From a virus (Duplodnaviria; Caudoviricetes), in the IMG/VR virus record IMGVR_UViG_3300037504_000207, positions 1 to 26,059 of that record: a DNA stretch of 26,059 bases. One strand, written 5' to 3'. Positions 9,901 through 17,138 of this stretch are shown in pieces. The number at the start of each line of letters is the position of its first letter. Positions within the stretch are counted from its first letter, which is position 1. Under the pieces are notes generated by a model, which did not search any database, had not been told where the DNA came from, and saw only the letters and a program-made list of their open reading frames with translations. The position numbers were made by a program, and so were the translations under genes.

Positions 9901-10893
9901 GAGATCTGCCAGCTTCGGGTGCTTCAGGTTTCCCTCTTTGTCCGTCCGCCCGGCCAACCAGCCCAACCCCCCACCAAGGCCAGCGCCGAATGCAGCACCC
10001 GCGGGACCACCCGTTATAAGTCCCATGCCACCACCAACAACCGCGCCATGGCCAGCAGGGTTCGATGTCATACCCAGGTAGAACTTCTGCAATCCGGTCA
10101 GGTTGTCGTACTCTTCCTGTGACATCCCCCCAAGCTCAAGGTTGTCCTGTGGTTCGGGCACGTTGCCGCCTGCGAACGTCCCCTGCTGCATCATCCGCCG
10201 GTTGCGCTCGTGCGGAAACATCGTCTCCATCGGTGGCTCAGGGATGGATGCAAGGAAGTCACGGCCAGGGTCATCGTAGTCTAGCGCGTCCCACTCCCAC
10301 CAAGGTTTGTCTCCGTTGACAAACTCCATGTACTTATAAGCTACTTCGATGTTGTCTTTGTCCACACCGGGCAGGGCGTCCGTACCAGGGGGCCTATTCT
10401 GCAACGCGTGATAGAACCGGGCCACCCGCTGCGGGTCTTCCCAGTAGTTGTCCCGCTCCTGCTTGTAGTCGTAAGCTTCATAGACTTGCTTGGCTTGGTC
10501 ATCCAGGTTCTTGTACGCCGCATAATAGCGCTCTGCCCTATCCTGCGACTCCCATCTCCCCGGCGTCTCATTTGCCAGGTCGATCGCTTGCTCTCGTTGT
10601 GGTCCAGGCGCGAAGCGTCCACCCCCGCCCGTAAACGAACCGGTGCGGGGTGGCTCTAAGAACTCTCGTGACGGAATGTCGGCATCGTGACCTTCGCCTG
10701 GTCGCGGCTGCTTGGGCTGGTCCTTGGGTTCAGGGGGGGCTTTCGCTGCTCCCGGCCCCCACTTTCGGACCTTGGCATCATGCTTCTTTACTTCTCCCGT
10801 CTCCGGGTCTTTTTTCCAAACGACGACTTTCTTGTACCCATCGGCCACGTTTACCGCCTTCCAATTCGCCAGTTGACGAGCGCTTGCATCCAC
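931..10893 (-). CDS. Giant polyvalent internal virion/ejection protein (~3300 aa) with zincin metallopeptidase and ADP-ribosyltransferase domains; likely start GTG at 10848
   Basis: STLAHEVGH...AEEKFARGIERYLAEGKAP (polyvalent-protein metallopeptidase); TPEFKRWFGDSKV..VFHGT..GIYFT..EEIVVFEPEQIKS (ART-PolyVal-like); two Gly-zipper hydrophobic tracts near the N-terminus; repeated PxLRQYWDW units near the C-terminus. Confidence 0.85.
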   Translation of the reverse strand: MDASARQLANWKAVNVADGYKKVVVWKKDPETGEVKKHDAKVRKWGPGAAKAPPEPKDQPKQPRPGEGHDADIPSREFLEPPRTGSFTGGGGRFAPGPQREQAIDLANETPGRWESQDRAERYYAAYKNLDDQAKQVYEAYDYKQERDNYWEDPQRVARFYHALQNRPPGTDALPGVDKDNIEVAYKYMEFVNGDKPWWEWDALDYDDPGRDFLASIPEPPMETMFPHERNRRMMQQGTFAGGNVPEPQDNLELGGMSQEEYDNLTGLQKFYLGMTSNPAGHGAVVGGGMGLITGGPAGAAFGAGLGGGLGWLAGRTDKEGNLKHPKLADLFMKVDYLREGLERAMGVYGIYRETAKEDDMNAISAAKEIMDNWPAAWKAGHFYAETGLATLPPGPLQKLGTMIRDPVGAALGINQKAHEMAREMGPMDPIGFAMTVRGAYAETVQGIREGQSVAEIVDDFEKNVLKTHRWGYADGYYDPNRDWREGPTEHEVGLDAVMGIYEQLKRGDAPEDVLREWTIKTGASGQVNELMMGLMLDPIDFIPDAVTGATKGIADLTNNKALSLAASLSDGRPTRMLQNYGQNIRQGFKVADEIGDAAKYADDLTWTQRMLSGVTKEGGLRWLEQPVKDPGFLNRASGAAFSGGVGSVLGMGLFGGVGGIAGAAGATGLAAALTGFGAPAGILIGTLAGTMGWNKGITGMVGLTPAAKASQLVNNAQVNLALMMEHADNVPDEMVRMVKRLGQTDIEMARELGMNSLNAPEAAAIPMALRDYGKTADELIANWYAGETGRKVFDGIADALGRETKEVIAEVAQGKHVDTLFRQYLDEVAKASDESAQFILEAAEGGEFTPDVMKKWADGMVTGNMHMDADAFKADLYSSMLTHMSEWGAQWFGVEPDPAIIRFADTIKSAQSMALLGLNPSYFVNNVINNTVTAVAEGAFGIRTAGEIDDVWKRAGIEPPMRLGAGVGPEGGGGIDAAEVLDPIREATRTDGVLQSIKDKSKSASKKIGLFSNLSGKMEALASKQTYTAAFSQFMGRAWRRGTGFDRMPVALENALDAIDPNMKNLIYATIESGMSKAEIEDALWGGVTRRAVDNYVPRLAEAYGMNDADVGGMMHQSGVYEFLRGGLEGAESADDVMQVFDDLHEAVSGSLLDRQADNLENAVQHIRNKIELEGGQAAWRELSENVFMDEAMMRMSDYHEWEKIFSQREDLTHGQYQAKIERQIARQKARYKAMYNRHKATYLAIGESFGVDSDVARGLIDQLGQKQELWDGFYTQKWEDIRDFYRTYYDTPEQRWAAWDDLRKQHQELYAKTGSLETQVMQQMDEMFVRMVRDSDEFPTGADEIVRRGLEKARNIREEMKRDMLIFQDWLDKQEFSDPVARDQEWTTFLNETIRPQIQARMDESVTWVDDLEAFLREQGQKPEIEKAKEALAQEGESVEIPVMMTRAMRNDLMDLGYTIDETKQMTPQEAWDVINAGEPVRGKAGDVRDVASRYGIETATEEGRYKPGADQHILNIVRKWGTEGSQEVDSLDQLSPEIVEEAFVRRQQARDRQIRLEEAVHGVEEIAESRAAQEDIFADALGEPDIVEEALPPTRTQTLAKAYTGIDADETMTHQEFTKKHSVLKKPLDLILDDLAREAEMHADPPKSMKRFINEDFGGLSTELRADLTGETGGAIKGVPPGFFRESGRQLDYLLTALKEHGYVFEHATLDDVEAMLMAMLREGEDFYPRGYDPQGADWLHGIGGERAQRLIGQMKNGLENPVRKYPQRIKDEAFGRLLGLMDEPDVYPEGRAYLDIAISEDYWLDEMYKIEQQLSINPDDIDTPAQMIEDLASKMPPDASETITQRWLELAEDIYGRAAADETMVDEPTPGAVQADVAAMEQAEIEAMMNHYQDVVRQRSRADWLMDDWQATVDDPKALAPGDAREMFLEGALRIYNLDEEEAAAIMQLMDARARIWAQDNNSTAAAWWRSRIGGFAEGGSIDPRDLQQTVDSLELYGTKNPDSILLLDTRYRDGAQGQARVIGQFPDMETAKAADAQIPSRFAEYVTAGEYDQRTADLRYTNFGLGAKGAIQFLDDGRAIIRAMESPDVSTLAHEVGHIFRRDLQGDDLAIAAEWAGADDVNTWNVDAEEKFARGIERYLAEGKAPNAKLGKVFEQFKRWLLSVYRSITGSAIDVQLNEDIRGVFDRLLDDEAFNATKEGQFDMFGKGEDMPLFSGAAQRAQAETFTPKEQPKTDVMPGFEEAYRPEWEQPKGGAGEGEWFDTEQGPKRLLQVGQYDETDTPEFKRWFGDSKVIDKDGEPLPVFHGTGEEFEAFDISKYETVKRGDWGEGIYFTPSEWMAKQYGVDAMKELDPTARRLWQEYKDAAAELETTPMMAGIDLGRESPEYKALGEYEARWRSNLERIEKQPPVVVEAYLKIENPYNHTGTSMTDPYLADFVRSKGHDGIIVRSPDGFIEEIVVFEPEQIKSVNNRGTWDPNDPRILYQNADGTVETAPLEGETPRFVNGPFGLLDELEAEAPFDRISEEGWNEQIWPMMQTLEGMMLADDTIPTSLANTELDPNVAKMLRQYTHQVYGNLSDTKLAAVRHGEMRRDAALLNYNKRRGIDNVVTALLPYQFWYGRSAVQWAKRALDKPSWMANYARLKKMQRYPGHEEMPSRLRGKIRIPMPWLPDWLGDGLYIDPWHQLFPFEQLARPWDERQENLDMTERQAAYVIQDWMADGEISEAQAAEAMQMREGPLWEKAMTEGRIRVEGENANPFDFIQILSGYSLPLDMMAKILDGRPEDISRLPVTRMVEAATAYSTPGGINLEGPMRRALGWPERGKFGDYFVIRELANMVATGDMPLEVAQRAMVDKQGEAWTRALDRVGKYQATRYWGSALWTDFFPAGEERQRALHDVFVDALESDEPDALTNFFEEYPEFEARLQMRDWEDPQAMMRSFLVGQVWDQWMEADDLTRDRAKERFGETFQNAFLDKETRSYDAIDTETLAIWSRMLGGDDLDMAGPVDQLDPLVDAELAQAYKQYTQAMGEANPGNIEQLQALYFDTPENKRVEFLKRFPQLRQYWDWKNVYLNEHPELIDELGTSKIKDAPDNIQELYYEYQAARVQHFPNIYATQSQYFELPKPQRRAFLGQHPELRQYWDWRRAVLEEYPEMEPYLTSRDSMEELIGQDGDGGGGLWGIGTGIHRHLRPGQAVVKLGRSTSRSEWLSLREHGFRWDPELWAYVGPDSVGSREMLERFEGTFGSGTRSRKPPEPSFDLDGLAPALMRQLMGYYVNGQSLGAGARRALRQEWEAQGRPGGKFSEFVEETLRSEFR

Positions 10894-11885
10894 CGGGGCA
10901 TGTAGTTATTGCGGGGTCCATATCCCCTGCCTCCATAGCCGCCATAGCCGCCGCCACCACCCCAGCCGCCATACCGGTTATAACCACCATAGCGATAGCT
11001 TCTGCTTCCACCTGTGCCCGTGTTGTAGCCGCCAGCCTCCGAAATAGGGTTTTCGTAAATAATGTCACCACCCGAAGGCCAGATACCACGGGGAGTAGTC
11101 CCGCCGCCACCCAGGAAGGTTGTCGGTCCCACCCCACGCAGGGCAGCCATCGAATAGGCTTGACGATCAGGCCCTAAAATGTACTTACCACCGCCGCCAA
11201 TAAATGATCCGGTCGGGATATTCTCAGTCGGGACGTAGCCATAGGGCTGCTCGTAATAGTCCTCATGGGTCGGGCCTGTATATCGGTTCTGGTTCGGCGT
11301 AAATCGTGCCACCTCAGGCGCAGTCGGCCCCTGCGGGCTCGGAATACTAGCACCAACACGGGCGGCCGCATCAGCTCCCACCGATCCAGGGGCGTCCATT
11401 CCCATTGCCGGGTTGAAACCATATACGCTCTCATCCCACACAACGGGAGTCGGTTTTGGCTTTGGTCTTGGCGCTCCCACAATAGGGTCATTCCGCTGCT
11501 GTGTCGTATCGCCCTGGGCCTGGTCATAGTAGTTCTTGGCGTCACTTGCCACACTTCCAGGCACATCCATATAGGCAGCCGGGTTGAAACCAGCTTGCGG
11601 TTTGGGGGTAGGTTTCGGCTTCGGCTTGGGGACAACGGGATTGTTCGGCGTGAAGCGTGCTACTTCTTGCAGCGTAGGCAGTGTCGGCTTCGGCTTGGGC
11701 TTGGGCTTTGGCTTCGGCTTTCGCCTTGGCTTGGGGGCCCTTTGCTCACGCCGGTTTCTCTCCGCCCTCCGACGCTTTATCTTTTCCTGCACAATACTCT
11801 GTCTGCTCTTCTGCTTTTTCGGCTTCGGTTTGTACGTAACAGCCGTTCCTCTATTGTAAAAATGCTCAGGCATTGCCATAGCCAT
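10851..11885 (-). CDS. Lys/Pro-rich, Gly/Tyr-tailed low-complexity protein, probable internal virion protein
   Basis: 344 aa; KPKPKP tracts, duplicated EVARFTPN and GFNPAxxMDxPGSVxxDA units; lies between portal and giant gene. Confidence 0.6.
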   Translation of the reverse strand: MAMAMPEHFYNRGTAVTYKPKPKKQKSRQSIVQEKIKRRRAERNRREQRAPKPRRKPKPKPKPKPKPTLPTLQEVARFTPNNPVVPKPKPKPTPKPQAGFNPAAYMDVPGSVASDAKNYYDQAQGDTTQQRNDPIVGAPRPKPKPTPVVWDESVYGFNPAMGMDAPGSVGADAAARVGASIPSPQGPTAPEVARFTPNQNRYTGPTHEDYYEQPYGYVPTENIPTGSFIGGGGKYILGPDRQAYSMAALRGVGPTTFLGGGGTTPRGIWPSGGDIIYENPISEAGGYNTGTGGSRSYRYGGYNRYGGWGGGGGYGGYGGRGYGPRNNYMPRWMQALVNWRIGRR

Positions 11886-12090
11886 ACTCCTTATTCATAA
11901 TCTCAAACGCTTCCGGGCTCATCTTCTGTAACTGCGCCTTGGTTGCTTCATCCATCGAATCCCACATCACCGCCATCATCGTGTCGCGCAACGGCCCGTA
12001 GAACATCTCCTCAAACTCTCTCTGCCATTGCTCAAAATCAGTCGTTCCGCTCAGGTAGGCGTCTTCCGCATCAGCAATCGTCAGCATCAT
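11866..12090 (-). CDS. Small acidic hypothetical protein (74 aa)
   Basis: Overlaps the portal stop and the next start; coupled operon arrangement. Confidence 0.7.
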   Translation of the reverse strand: MMLTIADAEDAYLSGTTDFEQWQREFEEMFYGPLRDTMMAVMWDSMDEATKAQLQKMSPEAFEIMNKEYGYGNA

Positions 12091-13853
12091 GTCGTCATCT
12101 CCTCAGGGTTAGGTGGCTGCTCAGGTGGCAGGGTCCCTTCCGGCGGCTGCATCCCACCCTGGGCCATCTCAGGCGGTAGTCCTTGCAACCCTGGGCCCTG
12201 CTGCTGGGGTGGTCCTTGTGGCATCGCTCCAGGCGGCACCTGTCCGGGCTGCGGTTGCATGGGCGGTTCGGGCTGCATCACCTGCTCGCGCATCATCTCA
12301 AGCTGGGCCATCTGGTCGAGCATAAACTTCTCGAACATCGTATCAGCCGCCCGCTCACTCCAAATCTCCCTATTCATGACCGCAGGCTTGCCTTCGTTCA
12401 AGATGTTTTCCTGCACATATCGGCGTGACGCAATGTTTTTGTCCACCAACAGGCCAGCCACGTTCGCATTTTGCAGCGCATCCTGCGGCAACGAAACATC
12501 CAGCTTACACTCCAGCTCGAAATGTCGGGGGATGTCCTTCGGAGCCAACGATCCAAGGATGTGTTCGTACTCGGCTTTCTTCGGGGGCTCTTCCTTCAAC
12601 CAAACCAGCGCTTTCTTCACCGCCGATCCAATTCCCCATCCCGCTTTCTTCTGCGGCATCAAGAGCGGCAAGCGTCCGGCCTGATGGAGCAGGGCAACCA
12701 TGCTAAAGGCTGCGTTCTTCCCCATCGGCTCGCCCAGCGCCTGAGAGTAGATCGTGCTCTCCTGCACCTTGCTGTCGGCAATGTCGTACAGGTCCATCAA
12801 GAGCGGGTTGACAACCTTGCTCAGGTCGGCGGGCTTCAAGTCACCGCCATCCGGCACATTCCACTTCCCGCCCATCACGCTAAAATCGAGCTCGGCTTCC
12901 TCACCTTGGGCGTTCAATTGGTTCACCCATTGCGGGTTGCCGCCCATCTTTAGCAGCGACGTGTACGCCAGGGTCAGGGCCAGGTTTTGCATACTCCCCA
13001 GCCCGGTCTTGTTGGTCGTGAACCCCATCGGCTGGCGCTGGTCTTCCGGCTTCTCGAATAACATACTGCCTTCGCCAAGCTGCACAACCACAGGAATGAA
13101 CGGAAGCCCATGTTCTTCTTCCAGCAGGAACTCGTTATTGCCACGGATCCAAACGTAGCGGTACTTCCAGTCCCACAATTGGCACAGGGTCACTTCCTTG
13201 TAGCGGTCATCCGTCTTCTGGATCTGTTCACTGGCGCCTTCAAAGGTTGCAATCAAATCCCCGGTCATCACGTCCACTTCCCGGTAATAGGCTTTCAAAC
13301 CCATGTTGTCGAAATCAGGGTAGCCGTTCCGTGGATCCCACACGTCGAACGTGAACGGGGTCAGGCGTGCAATCTCTTCGGCCCGGTACAATTCTGCCTT
13401 GCTAATCTGGTCGTTCTCCTTACGCTTCTCCGCTGCTCCCACCATGTCGGCCGTCCGTGTGATCCCCATGTGCATCTCGCCCCACAAGTTCAGGGACAAA
13501 GCCACATCGTAGTGAATGGGGTTGTTCGCCACCCGACCAGCAGCACGGAAAACTTTATCAGCCGCCAACTCCAACGCATCAGCCTGGTCGTAGACCTCAT
13601 CCGTGTTCATGTCCTGTGGGATACTGAACTGTGGCATCGTGGCCGATAGCAGCCTGTTAGCGCCAAGGATACGGTTGCGCACGTCCGGGGACTTGACGAT
13701 CTTGACATCGTCCAACTTTGACTTGACGCTGTTCTCTTCGTCCCACTCCATTAGGTAGTCTTTTTCGTAGTCGTCCTGTGCGTTTACCCGCTGGGTGTGC
13801 GTCTCTTTCAGGTGCTTGGCGTACTGGCTTATGTAATCAAATGTGTCGCTCAT
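12087..13853 (-). CDS. Portal (head-tail connector) protein
   Basis: 588 aa, coupled directly downstream of terminase large subunit; FIPVVV-type motif and Gln/Pro/Met-rich C-terminal tail typical of podovirus-type portals. Confidence 0.8.
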   Translation of the reverse strand: MSDTFDYISQYAKHLKETHTQRVNAQDDYEKDYLMEWDEENSVKSKLDDVKIVKSPDVRNRILGANRLLSATMPQFSIPQDMNTDEVYDQADALELAADKVFRAAGRVANNPIHYDVALSLNLWGEMHMGITRTADMVGAAEKRKENDQISKAELYRAEEIARLTPFTFDVWDPRNGYPDFDNMGLKAYYREVDVMTGDLIATFEGASEQIQKTDDRYKEVTLCQLWDWKYRYVWIRGNNEFLLEEEHGLPFIPVVVQLGEGSMLFEKPEDQRQPMGFTTNKTGLGSMQNLALTLAYTSLLKMGGNPQWVNQLNAQGEEAELDFSVMGGKWNVPDGGDLKPADLSKVVNPLLMDLYDIADSKVQESTIYSQALGEPMGKNAAFSMVALLHQAGRLPLLMPQKKAGWGIGSAVKKALVWLKEEPPKKAEYEHILGSLAPKDIPRHFELECKLDVSLPQDALQNANVAGLLVDKNIASRRYVQENILNEGKPAVMNREIWSERAADTMFEKFMLDQMAQLEMMREQVMQPEPPMQPQPGQVPPGAMPQGPPQQQGPGLQGLPPEMAQGGMQPPEGTLPPEQPPNPEEMTT

Positions 13854-15271
13854 AGTCTTTCACTCATCCTTACTAGCTGCTCGAATTGTGATCGCTGTGG
13901 CTTCTTCTCTCGGGGCTTCTTGATCGTCTTGGTGTTGGATAATAAATACTTCAGCGCATCAAATAGGTGGTCTTCGCTGTCTGTGTCCACGTCCTCAGGT
14001 CGCAGCTCATCGGTCGGCAGGGCTGGGAACGTGCGAATGAAGTTGCCCAAGGACCGGAATACCTGTATCCCTGGCTTCCCATCCGGCAGCAGGCCCAGCA
14101 GGTTGTTGATCTTCCGTATACCCATCAGCCGGTCATTATCTGCCTTGGTCAATATCACGCCTTCGTCCCGGTACTCATCAGCCGTCGAATAAAACTGCTC
14201 CTTCTTGCTCTTCTTCGTCCACATGCTTGGGTCAGCATACGTCACCCGCATCACTTCATCGGGTGGTGTCATCAGCCGTATCAACCTAGCCTGTTGCGTG
14301 TCGCTCAATCCTGTCTCGTAGGCTTCTCGATATAAATAAATCCTGCCAATGTCCAGGTCCTTCGCTGCCCATAAGCAGGCAAACGGCGCATGTCGCCCCC
14401 AGTCCACCGCTCTCCACTTCGGCCATACCGTCGGCAAGGTGAACGGCTCAACCGTGTGGATGTCATAATTCCAGTTGGGGAACGCCATCCCCTCGAACAC
14501 ATCCCAATCACCTTCCCGCCACGCCTTGCCCAGGTTGCCCTTGATCCCCTCCAGGTACTCGATGTAGCTCTCATTTAGGAACGGGTTGTCCTTATACACG
14601 CCTGGGAAGAAGCACGTCCGGCCACCGATGAAACGATGGTCGCTGTCATCCCGGCGGTAGGGCAATACGAAATTCTCCTTGAACCACAGATGACCGACGC
14701 CGCCGGGGTTGGTGGTCAGGTATACCCGCGGCCTCCAATGCGGCTTGGATGTGCGCAAACTACCCCGCAGCTTGGTGATAATGTCTTCGGTCAGCGATGT
14801 CGCCTCCTCAACTACGATAACGTCGTACTCAACGCCAATATATTTCATGATCTGACCGGGGTGCAAGAAGCCACCAATCAATATGCGTGAGTCATTCCCA
14901 AAATCGATCCGCTCTTTCTTGATGTCGGCGTCCGTGTGTGCGAATACTCTAACGGCAAGGTCCTCCATGCTCTCGCCAGCCGTCTTCTGGATCTTCCTGA
15001 GAAACAGCACCTTCATATTAGGCTGTCTCTGGCAGTCATCCAGGCCAACCTGCGCAAAGGTGGCGTGAGACTTGCCGGGGCCACGAGCACCACCCAGCCC
15101 GATCCACACCGGGCCATCGTGCTTATCAGCCCGCCGTGCAGCAGCGTGAAACGCCATCGCCCACGGCAGGGGTATATATCCTGATTTGGTAAAGTTCTCG
15201 ATCTGATTAGCAGGCACACCAGCAGCGTGCGCCATGCCCATCATTCGCTCAAGCTCCTTCTTCGCTACCAT
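13850..15271 (-). CDS. terL: Terminase large subunit
   Basis: Walker A GGARGPGKS, Walker B VIVVEEA, coupling motif TTNPGG, nuclease motifs AVDWG, YADPS, DHLFDALKY. Confidence 0.95.
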   Translation of the reverse strand: MVAKKELERMMGMAHAAGVPANQIENFTKSGYIPLPWAMAFHAAARRADKHDGPVWIGLGGARGPGKSHATFAQVGLDDCQRQPNMKVLFLRKIQKTAGESMEDLAVRVFAHTDADIKKERIDFGNDSRILIGGFLHPGQIMKYIGVEYDVIVVEEATSLTEDIITKLRGSLRTSKPHWRPRVYLTTNPGGVGHLWFKENFVLPYRRDDSDHRFIGGRTCFFPGVYKDNPFLNESYIEYLEGIKGNLGKAWREGDWDVFEGMAFPNWNYDIHTVEPFTLPTVWPKWRAVDWGRHAPFACLWAAKDLDIGRIYLYREAYETGLSDTQQARLIRLMTPPDEVMRVTYADPSMWTKKSKKEQFYSTADEYRDEGVILTKADNDRLMGIRKINNLLGLLPDGKPGIQVFRSLGNFIRTFPALPTDELRPEDVDTDSEDHLFDALKYLLSNTKTIKKPREKKPQRSQFEQLVRMSERL

Positions 15272-15701
15272 AGACCTTCTTCAGCATCTCTTCAACGCCT
15301 GGTAGGTTCACATCGAAACCGCCTTCCGCTTCGATAACCTGTGCCGCTTTACCCAAAACACGATCTAATATTTCTGACGACGCCGACTGCCTGATCTTCT
15401 CGTCGCTGCTATCAAGACCACCCAGCTTTATCAGTGCGGCTTTAGCAACACCGTCAGCTAGCATCTTAGCGGCAGCATCAGATACGTGCGCATGGTAAAG
15501 AGTAACAGCCTTATCAACATCCTTAGGCCAGTTGTATACGGTGGTTTCATGTAGACCAATAGCAAGAGCAGCCTCCTTCTTGTTGCTAGACTCGGCCATC
15601 TGAACAACAAACCGTCTCTGGTTGTGGTTCAATCGCTTCCAAATCTCCGCAAACTCTTCTGAATCTTGCTCAGATATAGGATTGTCTACTTGATTCCTCA
15701 T
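15249..15701 (-). CDS. Probable terminase small subunit (N-terminal HTH)
   Basis: LNHNQRRFV...KKEAALAIGLHETTVYNW HTH; ILDRVLGKAAQ motif; immediately upstream of terL. Confidence 0.75.
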   Translation of the reverse strand: MRNQVDNPISEQDSEEFAEIWKRLNHNQRRFVVQMAESSNKKEAALAIGLHETTVYNWPKDVDKAVTLYHAHVSDAAAKMLADGVAKAALIKLGGLDSSDEKIRQSASSEILDRVLGKAAQVIEAEGGFDVNLPGVEEMLKKVYGSEEGA

Positions 15702-15885
15702 TATCCTTCACTGTTTCTACTGAAACCCTCAAAACCTTCTCGCGCATGGCAAGCAGACGGACAGCGCTAGCCATCTCGCTCTCGGGTATCTCCAACTGTA
15801 TGCGCATCCCGTCACCCTGGCCGTGCACCTTGATGGCCGACTGGATGCCGGGGAATGTGGCGAGAAACTCTACTGGCTTGCTCAA
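15670..15885 (-). CDS. Hypothetical protein (71 aa)
   Basis: Overlaps both neighbours in the operon. Confidence 0.65.
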   Translation of the reverse strand: MSKPVEFLATFPGIQSAIKVHGQGDGMRIQLEIPESEMASAVRLLAMREKVLRVSVETVKDNEESSRQSYI

Positions 15886-16175
15886 TTACACGAACTCCAC
15901 TGATCGAACGGAGCCACATCAATGCCATGCTCCGCCAGTTTCAGGCGCAGGTCGAAAATGTACTCACGCAATTTCAAATTCTCTTTGTGATATTGAATGT
16001 TCTCCCGGGTGAGATCGTCCACTCGCTCACGTAACTCGTTGAGCTCGGACTGTTTCGCTGTCGTCCGGGTCGCATACCACGATCCGGCCAATGCTCCCCC
16101 GGTCGTCAAGACGGTGCCAATGAGTCCGGCCAGTGCTATCTGTAGTGTGACGGGCATAAGGTCACTCCACATCAA
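15882..16175 (-). CDS. Membrane-anchored coiled-coil protein (possible lysis accessory)
   Basis: N-terminal hydrophobic helix followed by heptad-like ELNELRERVDDLTRENIQY; next to holin. Confidence 0.6.
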   Translation of the reverse strand: MMWSDLMPVTLQIALAGLIGTVLTTGGALAGSWYATRTTAKQSELNELRERVDDLTRENIQYHKENLKLREYIFDLRLKLAEHGIDVAPFDQWSSCN

Positions 16176-16542
16176 GGAGCTTTTCGGCGTTGTACAATCG
16201 CAGTACCTCAGACTCGATCAGGTCAACAATGTGACCCACGTCAATATGACCAAGACCGTGACTATACATCCAGTCCTGAACATAGGTAATCGCGTATTGC
16301 AACTTATCTTCAAGCTCGTCAATCTCACCGAGACGCTCGGCCTCTTTGACAGCCTCGGTGACACCCTTCATCAGAATACGCCACGCGTTGGGGTATTTGC
16401 TCTTGGCCCAATCAATCGGCTCTCGGCTTTTACGCAGCAGCCAACCAACAGCCGCACCGATAAGGCTAGGAAGAATCAGAGAGAGAAACACACCAAGCGC
16501 AGCAACAGCGCCGTCTTGCAACAGTTCGAGAATATCCATCAT
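16162..16542 (-). CDS. Holin, LL-H-like family
   Basis: One N-terminal TM helix, then AVKEAE...KLQYAITYV...IVDLIESEV pattern resembling LL-H holins; GAAAGGAG RBS. Confidence 0.7.
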   Translation of the reverse strand: MMDILELLQDGAVAALGVFLSLILPSLIGAAVGWLLRKSREPIDWAKSKYPNAWRILMKGVTEAVKEAERLGEIDELEDKLQYAITYVQDWMYSHGLGHIDVGHIVDLIESEVLRLYNAEKLLDVE

Positions 16543-16565
16543 AAGCTCCTTTCAAAGCTAGAATC

Positions 16566-16604
16566 AAAAAGACCGGAGCCGCCCATACGGACGTAGCCCC
16601 GGTC
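16566..16604 (-). terminator. Leader hairpin with U-tract, copy 2
   Basis: Minus strand GACCGGGGCTACGTCCGTATGGGCGGCTCCGGTC-TTTTT; homologous to 653-696. Confidence 0.75.
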
Positions 16605-16636
16605 GATGACCAAAAGTTATTCGGTTAGTTATGATA

Positions 16637-16665
16637 ATTATAGTATATATTTAGCGACAGTGCAA
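16637..16665 (-). promoter_or_regulatory. Sigma70-type promoter, copy 2 (lysis/packaging operon)
   Basis: TTGCAC (16665-16660), 17-bp spacer, TATAAT (16642-16637). Confidence 0.8.
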
Positions 16666-16705
16666 GCGGTTGCGCTCACCCCAACAGCGGCTCCGGATCG
16701 TGCCA

Positions 16706-16921
16706 TCATTCACCTCTCAATATCTCTAATACATCTCCCAGCCGACTCTCAACGTACTCATACTCATTTTCAAATATCAGTTTTTCTTCTATGTCCGATA
16801 TTGCCGCGAATATTTCTTTCTCGACAGCAACCAGCACATTTCTAAGGTATTCAGCGCAATGAGTTGTATCGGGATGATCGTCTGCACTTTCTAATAGCTT
16901 GCCACAATATTCACATTTCAT
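16706..16921 (-). CDS. Small Zn-finger-like protein, last gene of the array (cassette-like start, no attC found downstream)
   Basis: CEYC..H..C; preceded by GTTAGCC and AGGAAAGG RBS. Confidence 0.7.
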   Translation of the reverse strand: MKCEYCGKLLESADDHPDTTHCAEYLRNVLVAVEKEIFAAISDIEEKLIFENEYEYVESRLGDVLEILRGE

Positions 16922-16943
16922 CTTTCTACCTTTCCTAAAAGCA

Positions 16944-17138
16944 GGCTAACGTTTTGCATAAGCTGCGGGGAGATTTGCTAGACATGCTCCCGCTCTGTGC
17001 ATGTGCAATCCCATTGTAACGAGCCTGCACAAATACCACAGTGTTGATGTGGCTCATCGCAGTTGCAGGGCCAAGCCTCTTTGCAATTACCACAATAGTC
17101 ACCGGCGATTCCCCCGTCAGCTTTATGCTGAGTTGGGC
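16944..17138 (-). repeat. attC site 13 (195 bp, long coding loop)
   Basis: + strand GGCTAAC..GCATAAGCTGCGGGG pairs with CCCCG-T-CAGCTT-T-ATGC..GTTGGGC. Confidence 0.8.

Noticed and set aside
51-15184. Numerous plus-strand ORFs (e.g. 1315-2586, 6307-7374)
   Set aside because: Antisense shadows of GC-rich minus-strand genes, with no recognisable motifs.
15882-16542. Complete lysis cassette
   Set aside because: No endolysin recognisable here; it is presumably elsewhere in the genome.
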